Below are positions 13,527 to 26,300 of a stretch of 64,000 nt of DNA, piece after piece (the first letter of the stretch is position 1; every line of letters begins with the position of its first letter). Where the stretch lies: assembly GCA_013265495.1 (NCBI GenBank), contig MU058584.1, forward strand, positions 1,276,616 through 1,340,615, read 5' to 3'. The position numbers and the translations under genes were made by a program. The notes below the pieces were generated by a model, which had not been told where the DNA came from, did no database searches, and saw only the letters and a list, made by a program, of their open reading frames with translations. Source of the DNA: Vicugna vicugna (Eukaryota).

Positions 13527-14271
13527 TGAGACAGGAGGGAAGTGGGCAGGGCACAGCCATTCAAGGAATGACACAGCAAGTAACACTAAGATGGCGGGAT
13601 TTTCAATTCCCAAAGAACTTGTGGCCCGAGATGGTGGGAGATTTGACTTCCACTAGACCTTGAGCTTCATTATACACTCATTGTAACACGTAGCATGCTA
13701 ACTGGCTCTCCCACAGGTGCCATGACAGTTCCATGGCTGACCATAAAAGGTCAAGAAGTGGGCGGTGGCCCAGTTCCTGGGAATCCCCGCCGCTTCCCCA
13801 AGTAGATGGAATGATCCTCAGACTTGTTAGCATGTGAAGTTATGAGCCCGTAAAAACTAGCAACCCCTAGTCCTGGGGGACGCTCTCCCTCCTGAATGAG
13901 ATGGCCCGCGCTCTGTGGAGGGTGTAACTACTTTCACTTTGAGCACCCACTCCCGTGCCTTGTGGCCTCTCAGCCCCTCGCCTTCTGATACGGACAGCAC
14001 CATGTCTACAGAATGCGCATCTACTTTTACTTTCAGCCGAGCACCCAACCCCACACCTCATGGCCTTTCTCTGGCCTTCTGAGACAGCCTGCGCTCTGCC
14101 TATGGAGTATGTGTCTCTATAAATAAATCTACCTTTACTCAACTGTGGCTTGCTCTTGAATTCTTTCCTGCTTGAAGCCAAGGACCCACACGTAGCAGGC
14201 TGTGATCCCAGGGACTCAGCCGAGACTGGGACACAGCCATCCTCTCTCCCCACATCCTTTTTCCTCTATCA
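13527..14271 (+). mobile_element. MER41-like ERV1 solo LTR
   Basis: TG...CA termini, near-matching 4-bp flanks cgtc/cctc and AATAAA at 14122-14127. It carries MER41 hallmark blocks (gccatgacagtt, cagttcc.gggaat..ccgcc, ctctgcctatggagta, gaattctttcctgc). Confidence 0.85.
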
Positions 14272-17215
14272 CCTCATCTTATCTTCAAAGAATGAGTAAC
14301 AGAATGTATGGAATATTTTTAAATAATCTGAATTAAAATGTAGTCCCCGAACAATGCCATCATTCTATCTTTAATCCATCAATACAGGAATGGATCTGAC
14401 TTCATAAAAATATTCATGAAAAATTGCCCCCTGGACCGTCAACCACTCAAGGACAGAGCGAATGTCTTTGGATTCCTTTATAATCCACCTTCCCCTCCTG
14501 CCTCCCCTGGTACCTCATTCGTGTTCTGCTCACAGAGGTTGCCCCATAAATGTGGACTTGTGGCTCGTGATATTTTAGTGCATTATTTACCTGGTTGTGC
14601 TTTATAAGAAATAATTGCAGCAGATAGAGAAGGTGTAGGTTGGATGTGGGCTGGGGTGGGCTGGGGCGGGGTGGGGGGTTGAGGCACAGGGACAAAGGGA
14701 TGCTATGGAGAAAGTTGATCCTAAAAGCATTTGCTAATTTACAACTCCTGGGACCGCTTAAACCACTTTCAAATTTTGCAGCCTTTGGCATTTTTGCGGT
14801 TTTTCCATATCTTTGCTGCTGTTCAAGTACCACAGAAAAGAAAGCCTCAGACCTTGCTCTGTTCTGGAATAATGAGATTGGAAAGAAAAGATCTTTTTCA
14901 TCTTTTTAACATTAAAAAAAAAATCTAGTCAAAGCGCAGCAGTTCAACAAATATTACTCATGTCGCGGCAAGAAGAAAAGGGGACTTTTGAATTAAAAAT
15001 AAAAGGAAAAGACGAACACAAGAGGCATTGTTTGCATATCAGAAAAATTAATCTACACAGGAAAGTGTAAGAGCCTGCAATTCAGAAAGCAAAGAATTAG
15101 GACAGCCCAGCTGAGAATAATTTTCTAGCCAGTTAATTTAATTGCATAAATCATTCCTTTGTTAGCAATAAAGAGATATAATTAAAATGAGATTGCCTCT
15201 AGTTTCTATTCTCTAGAAACTAAAGGAATTGATTTTGGGCAAAGCATCCTTCCAAATACCAGATCGGCAAATTACATTTACCTTTTTAGAAAAGCTAAAT
15301 TATTTTGCCGTAATATCATGGTGGGTTTAATTAATTATAGATCTGCCATACGATCTTAAAGAAATAATTTATTTAATGTCCTTAGAACAGAAGTTTGCAA
15401 TCATCTGTGTATCCCTTTGGTAGATGGCGTGCAGAATTTTACAAACAGGTCAGAAGTTTAACAGGCAGCTGTCAGGAGGAATTTGAGGCAGTGCAACGAC
15501 TGTTTGGGGTTTTGGTTTGCTGTCCTTGTTTAAGATGAAAAACGCCACTGCTTAGTATTGCATAATTTAACTGCACTCATTTAGACTGGCTTTATTCTAA
15601 AATTGCTACTGGTAATTATTTGCTGTCTCTGAACTTTTGGGATTTAAAGAGCCTATAATTGTCCATTAAATAGGGGGAAATCAGATCAAAGAGGAATGCA
15701 AAAAGTCTCCCACTGTAGAGCCCAGGTCTGCTGATCAGTCAATTGCATGTCAGAGAGAATTACAAGCTGTGACAGAGAAGAGGCTCATTTTTATGGTAAT
15801 GCATTTGAATTTTTAAAAATGTACTACACTACACTTGCTTGCTCCAGATTTTTGAAATTCATTGGCATTATTTGGCAACAGGGATTTACAGTGGTGGGAG
15901 GTAATCCCACTGGCCTTCAGAGAGCCTGGGCTCAGGGAAAACCATGCCTCTGCTCTGTGGCAGCCTTCGAAGATCTCACACCACATCCTCGCTCCACAGA
16001 GGCTGGTGGCCCTCTCCCTGTTTTAAACTGCACAGTATTGTTTACCTGAGAGCAGTGGGGGAGCTTGTCATCATGCAGGGCCGCAGAAAGGGTTTTGATT
16101 GTGTTGATAATGTTTTCTCTTTGAAGTTAGGCAGTGGAACAGGAACGTTCATTATTATTCACAGTGTGGTAGGTCGCCTGGCATATTTCTGAAAGAGAAT
16201 CCGTTTCTTCACGGAAAACAGAAATACTGTAAAGTGCTTCATTTTTGTACTCGATGCAATGCTTGGTTTTGCTGTTGGAGGCTTACCTTATTGACCTGTT
16301 AGAACAAGAAATACATACCATCATTTATCTGGATTCCAGTGGCTCATAAGGAGGCAGCCGGAGGAGAAACTTAGCCCAGGACTCAGGAGAGATGAGATCT
16401 CCCTGCATGAATTCCACTGCTCAGTGAAAGCAGCTGGACAGTGAGCAAGACCGTTCTGACACTTGACTCCCCGTTCACTCCATAGAGCAGTACAAATGGA
16501 CCTGAGCTCCCTCTGCTTAAAAATTTGCTGAAGACTCTTTTCTCTGCTGGGACAATCTCTGTGGTGGACATCTTCTACGTAGGTGCTGCTAGAGCAGATC
16601 CAGACCTCGGGTCCCAAATGCTTTCTAGACTTTTCACCTAATGCCACAACTTTCAGTCTCACATTCCTTGTCTTGGCTCACTGCCTGACACCTGAACTGA
16701 CTGGCTGGTCCCTCGTCAACCCTTTCAGTGCTCTCAAAGCTGGCGTTATCTCATTCCCTTTGCGAGTGAGACTGTTGACTTGAGCACAGGCTATAAGTGT
16801 AACAAAAATAACTAAAAATTCATGTTGAGGTTAATCAACAAATGCTCTGATTTATTTGGACAATCTGGACTGGAAAACTAACATGGAGGGCATATTTAGT
16901 GTTAAAAATGCAATGGCGTCAGCTGGAATTGTCATGGAATTGACATAATATTACATTGTTAGGATTAGAAACAGCTCTTTATCCTTGAGTAGTTTCAAAC
17001 TTATCACTTGATTCTGGATAAACTCTGCTAATTAATCTCAACATTGGGCAATTTGGTTCCTGCTACAATATATTGTTTTTCTTAATCCACATCAGTCAGA
17101 CGGGGTTTCGGACCTGCTCCACCAGTAATGTGGTTTTGGTTATACTTTCTGTTTGGGAAGTTTATTCATGGGTGGTACAGATAATGTTGTTAATTAATTG
17201 GGTGTATTAAGGGGC

Positions 17216-17944
17216 ATTTCACGTATACGTGAAATCTAAAAGACAAAACAAATGAGCAAACAAAACAGAAACAGAGCTGTAGATACAGAGAAAGAGGAGG
17301 AGGTTGCAGTGGGTGGGGGTGGAAAGGGAGGTTAAGAGGCACATGCTTCCAGGTGCAAAAATAAATGAGTCACGGACATGAACTGTACAGTGTGGGGACC
17401 ATAAGGGCAGTATCTTTGTATGCTGACTTATAACTAGACTTATTGTAGTGATCATTTTGAAATGTTTAGAAATATCAAATCAGTATGTTGTATAACAGGA
17501 ACTAACAGTGTTATAGGTCAATTATCCCTCAAAAACAAACACATTCATAGAAAAAGAAATCAGATTTGTGGTGACCAGAGGCAGAGGCTGGGCGGAGGGG
17601 AAACCAGATGAAGACAGTCAAAATGTACAAACTTCTAGCTATAAGATAAATAAGTACTCCAGATATAATGTCCAACATGATAAATCTAATTAACTCCACT
17701 GTATATTATATATAAAAGTTGTTTAAGAGAGAAAATCCTAAGAGTTTTCATCACAAGGAAATTTTTTTTCTATTTAATTTTATATCTATATGAGATGATG
17801 GATGTTCACTAAACATCTTGTGATAACCACTTCATCATGTATGTAAGTCAAATTGCTAGACTGTACACCTTAAGCTTTTACAGTGTTGTATGTCAATTAC
17901 ATCTTAATAAAACTGGAAGAAGAAAAATAAAGTAAAAAAAAAAA
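17216..17944 (+). mobile_element. 5'-truncated L1 3' UTR with A-tail
   Basis: gtgaaatctaaaagacaaaacaaatga...gtacaaacttctagctataagataaataagt...tgtatgtcaattacatcttaataaaactggaaga followed by poly(A). Confidence 0.85.
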
Positions 17945-17949
17945 TCATT

Positions 17950-18185
17950 TTCTCCAAGAACTTTTTCCAAACCTAGGTAAGGCCCCCTGGAGCATCCTCA
18001 CATATATTATCCTTTTTCTATTAAAGACACTTAACACTATTGAAACTACTGAATAAATAACTGCCTTCCACACTAGATATAAGGAGCATATGTGTGTCGT
18101 TCACAGTTATATTCCCAGGGCCTAACACAGTGCCTGGCACATAATAGATGCTCAGTAATAATCCAGGTGGGAGAGTGCATGAGTG
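17950..18185 (+). mobile_element. L2 3' end
   Basis: ttcccagggcctaacacagtgcctggcacataatagatgctcagtaa. Confidence 0.7.
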
Positions 18186-18710
18186 AAATCAATGTTTCTG
18201 CTCTGGTTTTTCGATCAGATCCCAAAGAGAAAAATGCCACATTCTCCCAAGAGGGGGGGTAAACATTCTCCTGCCACCCCAGCATGTAGACAATCCAGTG
18301 GGCAGAATGCTGACTGCAGGCGAAACTCAGATTAGAAAGCCGAGGCACCAAGCAGACAGAGGAGCTATTCCTAGGGTGGGAAGTAATTAGCACACATTTG
18401 GCAGAGTGTGTTGGAAGGAGCAAACATCCTTAGCAGTACTCTTGGAAAACGTTCAGAACTTAAAGCTGAGAACAAAACAGTGACCAACTGCAGACTAGAT
18501 ACTAAGAAAAATCTTCACGTAGTAATGAGGGCTGTACTGTTTGGAGGCATCAGTCCAGAGAGACCGCGGTACGACAAGAGCGGAGTGTAATATATGGCAG
18601 AATCACCAAAATTAGAACTAGACAGAAGAGGAGGAATCTGGCTGTCTCTAGAACAGACATTTTTTTTCTCTTGGCCAAAATCAAGCTAAAGAATCTTTTT
18701 CTAACTTTTC

Positions 18711-18797
18711 TTTTTTTTTAATGGAGGTGCTGGGGATTAAACCCAGGACCTCGTGCATGCTAAGCATGCGCGCTACCACTGAGCCATACCCTCCTCC
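18711..18797 (-). mobile_element. Vic-1-type tRNA-Ala-derived SINE (camelid)
   Basis: The reverse complement ggaggagggtatggctcagtggtagcgcgcatgcttagcatgcacgaggtcctgggtttaatccccagcacctcca + A-tail resembles tRNA-Ala(AGC). TSD-like ttctaa(c)ttt on both sides. Confidence 0.9.
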
Positions 18798-19349
18798 TTC
18801 TAATTTCTTAACGAGGAAGGAATTGAAGAGGAGTGTCCAAACCCTATTTTATGGTTGCTCTAGTTGATATAAAAAGAGTTCTTCCTAAATTAGTCAGATT
18901 CCTTAAAGTGAGTAATTTCACTTGCAGTTTGTACTTTTGTGTTTTCATAACATCTTAATGTTTTTTTATTTTTAAGTTCAATACTATTGCACACTTAGAC
19001 TAGGTAGCTGCTACTGTGACTCTCACAGTCAACACGCTGGCCCTCAAGTGAGCAAATTAGGTAATTTGTAGCTTTGCTTCAACAAGCTTATTTCCTCTCT
19101 GGATAAGCTACATAAAATTCAATGGAATCATTTGGTAGATGATGAAATCCATCAAATGACTTGACCAACCAAAGTGTACGACGGTGTTCTGATGAAAGAA
19201 AGAGGGTCCGACTGGGGCTCAGGAGAACAGGAATTCTGCCATAACCGTGCATAATTTAGACACATCACCTCACCTCCATGCTCTCCCATATCTATTAATA
19301 GTCCTACAGTTTCTCTAAGGAAGACATTTTGCCATTCTAGCAAAACCTT

Positions 19350-19571
19350 TTTTTTTAACGTAAGTATAGTTGATTTACAATGCTGTATTAGTTCCTGGTG
19401 TACATACAGCATAGTGATTCTGTACACACACACACACTATATATAATACATATATATCAGAATATAAATAAAATGGAATTTATATATATAAAGAATAATT
19501 TGTATATATATTCTTTTTCATTACAGGTTACTACAAGCCATTGAATATAGTTCCCTGTGCTATACAGTAGG
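19350..19571 (-). mobile_element. Short 5'-truncated L1 3' end with perfect 11-bp TSD
   Basis: poly(T)-gtatagttgatttacaatg...gaatatagttccctgtgctatacagtagg. TSD agcaaaacctt at 19339-19349 and 19572-19582. Confidence 0.9.
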
Positions 19572-19586
19572 AGCAAAACCTTAAAA

Positions 19587-19755
19587 CTAGAGTTAGCAGG
19601 TAAAATACAGTATGCCCAGTTAAATTTGAATTTCAGATAAAAGAGGAGTAATTTTTTACGTATAAATACGTCCCATGTTTATATTTATTGTTTCTCTGGA
19701 ATCCAAATTTAACTGGACAGCCTGTCATTTTTATTGGCTAAATCTAGGAATCCTA
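19587..19755. mobile_element. MER53 palindromic hAT MITE
   Basis: taaaatacag...cccagttaaatttgaatttcagataaa ... tctggaatccaaatttaactggacagcctgt; inverted arms. Confidence 0.8.
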
Positions 19756-21098
19756 ATTAAAATCTATTCATTATTAAAAGAGAAATACTGGTTTTTTCCC
19801 TCAGTTCTTTCTAACCATAATCACATAAAGCCACGGAAGGTTAGAGAAGGAGTGAATGAAGGTTCCTGGAGCTCTTACTGAATGTCAATTGCTGTCACAT
19901 TCAACATAAACTTGGAGTTTGTAAGAAGGGGAAAGAGTTAAGAGTCTGCTGAGGGACGTGGCCTTGGTGAAGCTGGTGACTGGGTTTCTACCTGCGCTCT
20001 TAGGTTGTTCATATCTCTGTTAACACAGCAGGTTGGTGTGTTTTGCAGTATTTATCTCCTTTGATAAAAGCCAGATACTGATGAGGCTGTGAACTCAATT
20101 TTCAGGAGGTTCCACTCTCTTAGTTTAGGGGACCTCAGTTACATTACACTGGGGAAAGAGGGGCCCTTTGATAAATCACACACAACCAGCTGATTGATTG
20201 ATTCTAAGAATTCAAATATTGAGGCATTCATTTTAATTAAGTACTTCATTGGAAAACACATAACACAGACTCTAGTCTCTAAGACTGTGACTATATAATT
20301 TTATAGCCCAAAATTTAATCAGCAGGTGCTGATGAATCCTGCTCTAAGAATCATCCATAGCAAGACAGTTGCCTGGATTCTCTGTGCTTCAGAAAGGGAA
20401 GGGAGGTGGCTGGTGCTGCTGAAAACATAGATGGTCATCTTTCTAGTTTTGTTCCCTTGTTCCCTGGGAATTTTGTGATCTCAGCTGAAAGCTAATTCCC
20501 CTTTTTAGCACCAGTGTTCATACAACCATCATTTAATATTTGTAAGAATTTACAAAATAATCCCCTTTTAAACGTATCCAGCTTGGAGTTGTTAAGACTG
20601 GGTTCAAACTTCCATGGTTCACTTTCAATCAGTTGAATACAAGGCCCTTCCTGATACCACCTTCCCATCTGGGCCCCCTTCTTCATTTTGGTCCTCTTCC
20701 CCCAAACTGCACAGTGTTTCTCTCCCTGACCCACTCTCCTGCCTAGAATGCCCTCACTTTACTTTGTTTAGCCAGATGGTTTTAATACTCCCTTCAACCT
20801 CCAGCTCAAAGGCCACCCCCACCCCAGCAGTCAGTTCCACCTTCCCCCTCAGACTGCATTGGGTGCTCTTCCTCTGGGATCCCACACGTGCCTCGATGTG
20901 TCTCTACCACTAGGTGTAAGCACACCAGATACACATTTAAAAATATTTGTTTTTATCTGTTTCTAAAAGTAAAGTCTGCATGTAGAAAATGAAAAATGAA
21001 AAAGTATAAAAAATTAAAAATCACCAGTAATTCTATCATTCAGAAATACAGTGTTAATATTTGGATGTATTGCCTTTCAGACTTCTTTCTATGTGCAT

Positions 21099-21597
21099 TG
21101 TGATGGGTTAACTACAAAATTTCCCCATTTCTCCACCCCTGCCTATAATTTTGTCATTGTGATGTGACTCTGAGGCTCCTTCTCTCAAGAAGTGAGGTCT
21201 GTTTTCCCTCCCTTTGATTTGGGTTGACCTTGTGACTTTCTCTGGAAAACAGAACATGGCAGAAGTGATGGTGTACCAGTTCTGAGCCTTGTACACTTCC
21301 ACTCTCTCTCATGGAACTCTGATTCACCATGAGATCAACCCCAGGCTAGTATGATAAAAACCAAAAGAACATTTGGAGAATAAATGAGTCACTTCAGCTG
21401 AGCCATCCTATATCAATTCCCAACTGACCAGCTAATCAAAGATGTCCACACAAGCCCACTTGAGGTAAACCTAGATGAAAATTGCCTAGGTGAATCCAGC
21501 CCAAAGTGACTGCAGAATTATGAACTAAGTAAATAGTTATTTTAAGTCACTAGGTTTGGGGGAGTAATTTGTTACACAGCAATAGCTTATTGATACA
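21099..21597 (+). mobile_element. MLT1 (ERVL-MaLR) solo LTR nested in an old L1M fragment spanning ~20940-22200
   Basis: TG start, ggcagaagtgatggtgtaccagttctgagcct, and end gtaatttgttacacagcaatagcttattgataCA. Confidence 0.85.
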
Positions 21598-22224
21598 TAT
21601 ATACATATGTATACATATATACATATACATGGCAGATAGTACAATTCCAACAAATTTGTATCCTGCTTTCCCTTTAACATTTTAATCAAAATCATACTAT
21701 TAAAAAAAGCTTGCCAAGCACTGTATTTATCACTGTATAATAACCTATCATTTGGATATACCATAAAACCTTACATTTGTCTATTATTCTATATTTACAT
21801 TGTCTTTTTAAAATTTTTTTATAATAGAGAGCAGTTTAATGGACATCTTTAAAGTAGAAGTAGAATTATTGGTTAAAAGCCATAAGAACATTTTGAAGGC
21901 CCTTAATACATGTTAAATAATTTTTTATCCAGAAAGATTACAACACAATCACTGGTGCTGCCTGAGACAGTTCATCTAAACACAGACTGACCCCAGTGAA
22001 GTATTAATTACTTTTAAATAAATTGTAAACTTGGTGGTCAAGAAATACATCTCATTCTATTTTTTTTTAATTTTTTATAAGTGAAGCTGTATTAATACTC
22101 TTTTTTTTATTAGCTGTTTGTATTTACTCTTTTGTGAGTGGTCTCTGGGCACGTTGTTCATTTTGGCTTCCTTTTTTTGGTAGTTTTGTGTTGATCTGTA
22201 TGCTATATTAATAGCATATAGTAC

Positions 22225-22440
22225 CAATAGCTACTGTTCATTTGGTAACTACTAAGAAGCAAACACCTCATTTAAAGTATCTTACCTAAATCCTCACAAA
22301 AGTCTTTTCAAGATAAATTCTAGTATTCTCATTTTCACAGATGGGAAAAGTGAGGCCTGGAGAAACTTAGTACCCTCCAAGGTTGTACACAGAAGACCCA
22401 GGTTCCAGGGTCTGGCTTTTACCGTTAGACACTGCTACTC
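22225..22440 (-). mobile_element. MIR SINE
   Basis: aatcctcaca...ctcattttcacagatgggaaaagtgaggcctggaga...caaggttgtacac. Confidence 0.7.
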
Positions 22441-24039
22441 CACTTTGTTTATCACAATTCTGCAAGAATTTTTTTTTTTGTCTTAACTTGTCAGTTATGG
22501 TATTACCCACAGACTATCTCTTTACAAGTTCTTCTGTCTTCCCCACTAGTCTGCAAACTTTGTCTAGTTGGAATCACGTCTTTATACCCACTGCACCTAA
22601 CGTGGTCCCTGGACATAATGTGCATTCTGTAAATATTTGTCAAAATACATTTTTTGCTCTCACGTTGGCACTGATACTGGATGGCTGGAGTCTTTGGCTA
22701 ATGGGCTGTGACACATGTTAGAATTCCCCCCTTCCCCAACCAGATATGATGAAATAAGCAGGCTAATTACATCGGATCATTTTACTTTGTCAATTTATCT
22801 TTCCCAGAATCAGGCAGCAATTGATGCCAGATCCACAGTCCATAATCATGATTGGAAACAAATACTATTGGGTTTGGCTATGATCCTGAATCACTTGCAA
22901 TAGAAAATCATTCACAGTACTCTTCAGTCCTCTTCCATATGACTAGAACTTGCCCAAAAGTACATTGCTGCTCCCTTTTCTCCTTTCCTGTAAAACTGGT
23001 TACTGGTCAACCCAACTATTCCTTGAAAAATAATTCTGGAGAAAACAAAATTTAGTTACTGAAGTCAAGATCTGTGCACAAATTTATGGTTTGTTTTTAT
23101 ATATTTGTCACTTTGAAAATAAGATCCAAAGCCATGTTTAAGAAAATATTAAGCTAACATAATGATACATTGAACTGGTGATTTGTTTTACAGTAATAAC
23201 TTAAAAACTATGCATGATTCCCTTGTTTTTAAATTCACATTAACTTGGCCCAGTTTTGAACTTTGTAACTTTTCTGATTGCCAGATTATACCTGTTATTT
23301 CCGTGAAAGGTTTTCAAAATCCTTGGTCAAGATAGAAAAATATCTGACCAGATTCGTAAAAAGGCGCTCTTCCAATCTGGGTGCATCTTGTCTGTGGGCA
23401 TAATTAAATCTCCTTGGAAACAGGAAAGATGGTGCAAGTATATTTACACAATGAAATAGTTACCAGGTTAACAAATGAGCTCTCATAGGCGCTTACTAAA
23501 ATTTGTGTGTGTGTGCTTTCTAAAGCAAATCAAAATTAAACAAGCAAGACTCTTTCCTTTCCTGGTGGGACCTCTAGCTACCTTGGGGACAGACGGACAG
23601 AACTGCTGGCTTCAGCCTAGGCAAGAGTTGAAACAGCCTGGAAACGCTGAGCTGTGTCTTTGTCGAAACCTGCAGCACCTGGCACTAGTAATTTAAAACC
23701 CCCTGGAGAGAGTCACCGGTTTTTTAAAAGCTGAGCAACACTTTGCTGGGCTCCAAACTAGGTCAGTGAACATAGAAGGTGGGAACATTCTCTTAAGATC
23801 AACTTCTCATTATATTTAATAAGAGTTTCAAAAACGAGGTGGGGGGGGCAGGCTGACAGTGAAGGAATCTACCTTTCTTAGACTCATGCAGACAGGATTT
23901 TTCAAATGGAAAAGACCACCTGGTCCAAAATTCTAGTTTACTGATTGATGCTCTAGTCACTAAAAAAAAAAAAAAAAAGTTTCACAGTAGATGTTAATAA
24001 CCAGTAGATTGGAAATCCATTAGCAGTTACCTTTTTTCT

Positions 24040-26300
24040 CTTAAAAATGAATATAATGTCAGCTCATAAATACACAGCTAGATCAGCTTAGTGGCATAGC
24101 CTACATAGCCTAGAAAAAAATTCAAATATATACGCATTTATAAGATGATCAATGTGATGTTTCAAAACCATGGGCAATGGCTGGTGTAGAGCACCAGAGG
24201 CTTCTTGCCTGTTTTGAGCAGACAAAAGCCAAGTTCCTGTCTGTACCTTGCAGAAAAGGAAATATCAGAAAGAACTCAGCATGAAAGCCAGAATTAAAAA
24301 AAAGAAAATGCTGCAAGATCATGTGCCCTCTTCTGCATTAATCCTACACATTGGCTTATCTATTTATTTCTGAATACTTTATCCTTTTTCTGCTGGTATG
24401 TTAAGAATGGGGTCACCTTTTTAATGATGGTTTCTATCTGTTTTTTTTTTAATATCAGAGAAAGCTCTTTAACATTAATCTTATATCCAGACATTTCCTA
24501 ATTTCTCTTAGTTCTAAAGCTGTTTTTATTTCAGGTGAATCTCTTGGAATATATACATGTGTCTTTGTGTTTGTTTTATTTCATTAGCTATTAATGCTAG
24601 AATACTGTTTAACTGAAGACAGCAGGCATTTCTCTCATTTTTGGCTGTAAGGAAATACATCCACTGTTTCACCGTGTAATTTCACGTTTGCTATTGATTT
24701 CTATTTCATGTTCTTTATTGTTTTAAAATTTTTTCATCCTATTCCTCTTTGACTTATCACCTGTATTATGAATTATTGTTTACTTTTATTAAGTACATTT
24801 TTTACAGTCATTGTTCAATGACTCTTTTAAATATCATAAACATTAAAGGTGAAAAAACACTGAACAATAGGTTTTTTTTAAAGCATTTAATAAAAATAAC
24901 ACAAGTGATATCATTTATTGTTACTTTTTACTCCAACTTAACCTTCTCAGAATAAATTCAACTTGGTCATGAATAATTTTTCAATGCACTGCATGACTCA
25001 TTGCTAGTGTTTTATTTGGAATTCTTTGTAACTAAATTCATAAATGATATTGGCTTATAACTTCTGTTTTGTGCTTGCTTCTACCTTTTCTAATCTTTGA
25101 CAATGTATACAATATGCTCTCTTATTACCAGTCTATTCAAATTTCTGTCTCATCTGGAATAAGTTTTGGGTAATTTAGATGTTCTTAGAAATATGTCTAT
25201 TTCATCTAGATTTTTCAAATTAATTGCTATGCTACCTATTTTATATATTTTAAAAAATTCTTTTAATTTAAACTGTATTTGTAATTATAACACCTTTCTC
25301 TTCTGATATTGTGTATTTTTGTTCCCCTCCTTTTTTTGTCTTTTATTTCCTCTTTGAAATGTGTTTATTTTTTTTTCAAGTTGTCACAGCTTTGTCAATG
25401 TCTTTTTGTTATTATCTAGTTTTATTGCATTGTTCTGGAGTCTACATTCTTTGTGTGCACAAAATATATATTCTTCAATTAGATACAAATTTCTGTATGT
25501 CCATTAAAACAAATCAATTCCTTGTGTTAATCAAATTATTTTCTTATTTATTGAGCATTCCAGGTTCATAGTGACAACCAAAACAGACATCCTTCCTGTT
25601 TTCAATTTGTTTTTTTGATAATTTTAACAAAGTAAAATTTCACATGAAATAAACTATTCCAACTGAAAGCACAAAATTAGATAAGTTTTGACAGTTGTGT
25701 ATACCAGCGAAACCAATCACTGTCATCATACGTGGCATTTCCATCCTTCCCTATGTTTCCTTGTGCCTCTTTGCAATCCGTCTCCTCCTCTTGGTCTCAG
25801 ACAACCCCTGATCTCTATTCTGTCATTATAGATTATTTTGCATCTTCTAGAATTTTCTGTAAGTGGACTCATACAGTATATACTGTTTTGTGTTTGGCTT
25901 CTTTCATTCAGCATGATGATTTTCGAGATTCATCCAAATTTCTGGTATGTCAGTGGTTCATCCCTGTTTATTGCTATGTGATGTTGTATTGTGCAGACAT
26001 ATCACAGCTTGCTTATTGAATCACCTTTTAGTAGACCTATGGATTAGTTTCAGTTTTTGCTATTATAAAATTGCTATGAACTTCTGTGTACAAGTAAATG
26101 TCTGTGTGGACATATGTTTCATTTCCTTTTGGGTATATAATTAGGAGTGGGAAGGCTGAATCCTAGGATGATTGTATTAGCTTAATCTTGATAGCGCAGC
26201 GTTGGATTTTGGTTTTAGAACAATGTGTAAATTTTTCTTTATAACAATAGAATTTAATACATATATATTTACCGTCCCAACTGATCTATAAAGTCTCACT
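24040..26300. mobile_element. Cluster of old L1M fragments, with the clearest antisense piece at ~25610-26190
   Basis: ttttgcatcttctagaattttctgtaagtggactcatacagtata...tggcttctttcattcagcatga...gctatgaac...aggagtggga. Confidence 0.7.

Noticed and set aside
18720..18797. tRNA-Ala gene
   Set aside because: The A-tail, TSD, extra 5' bases and mutated B box indicate a SINE or retrocopy.
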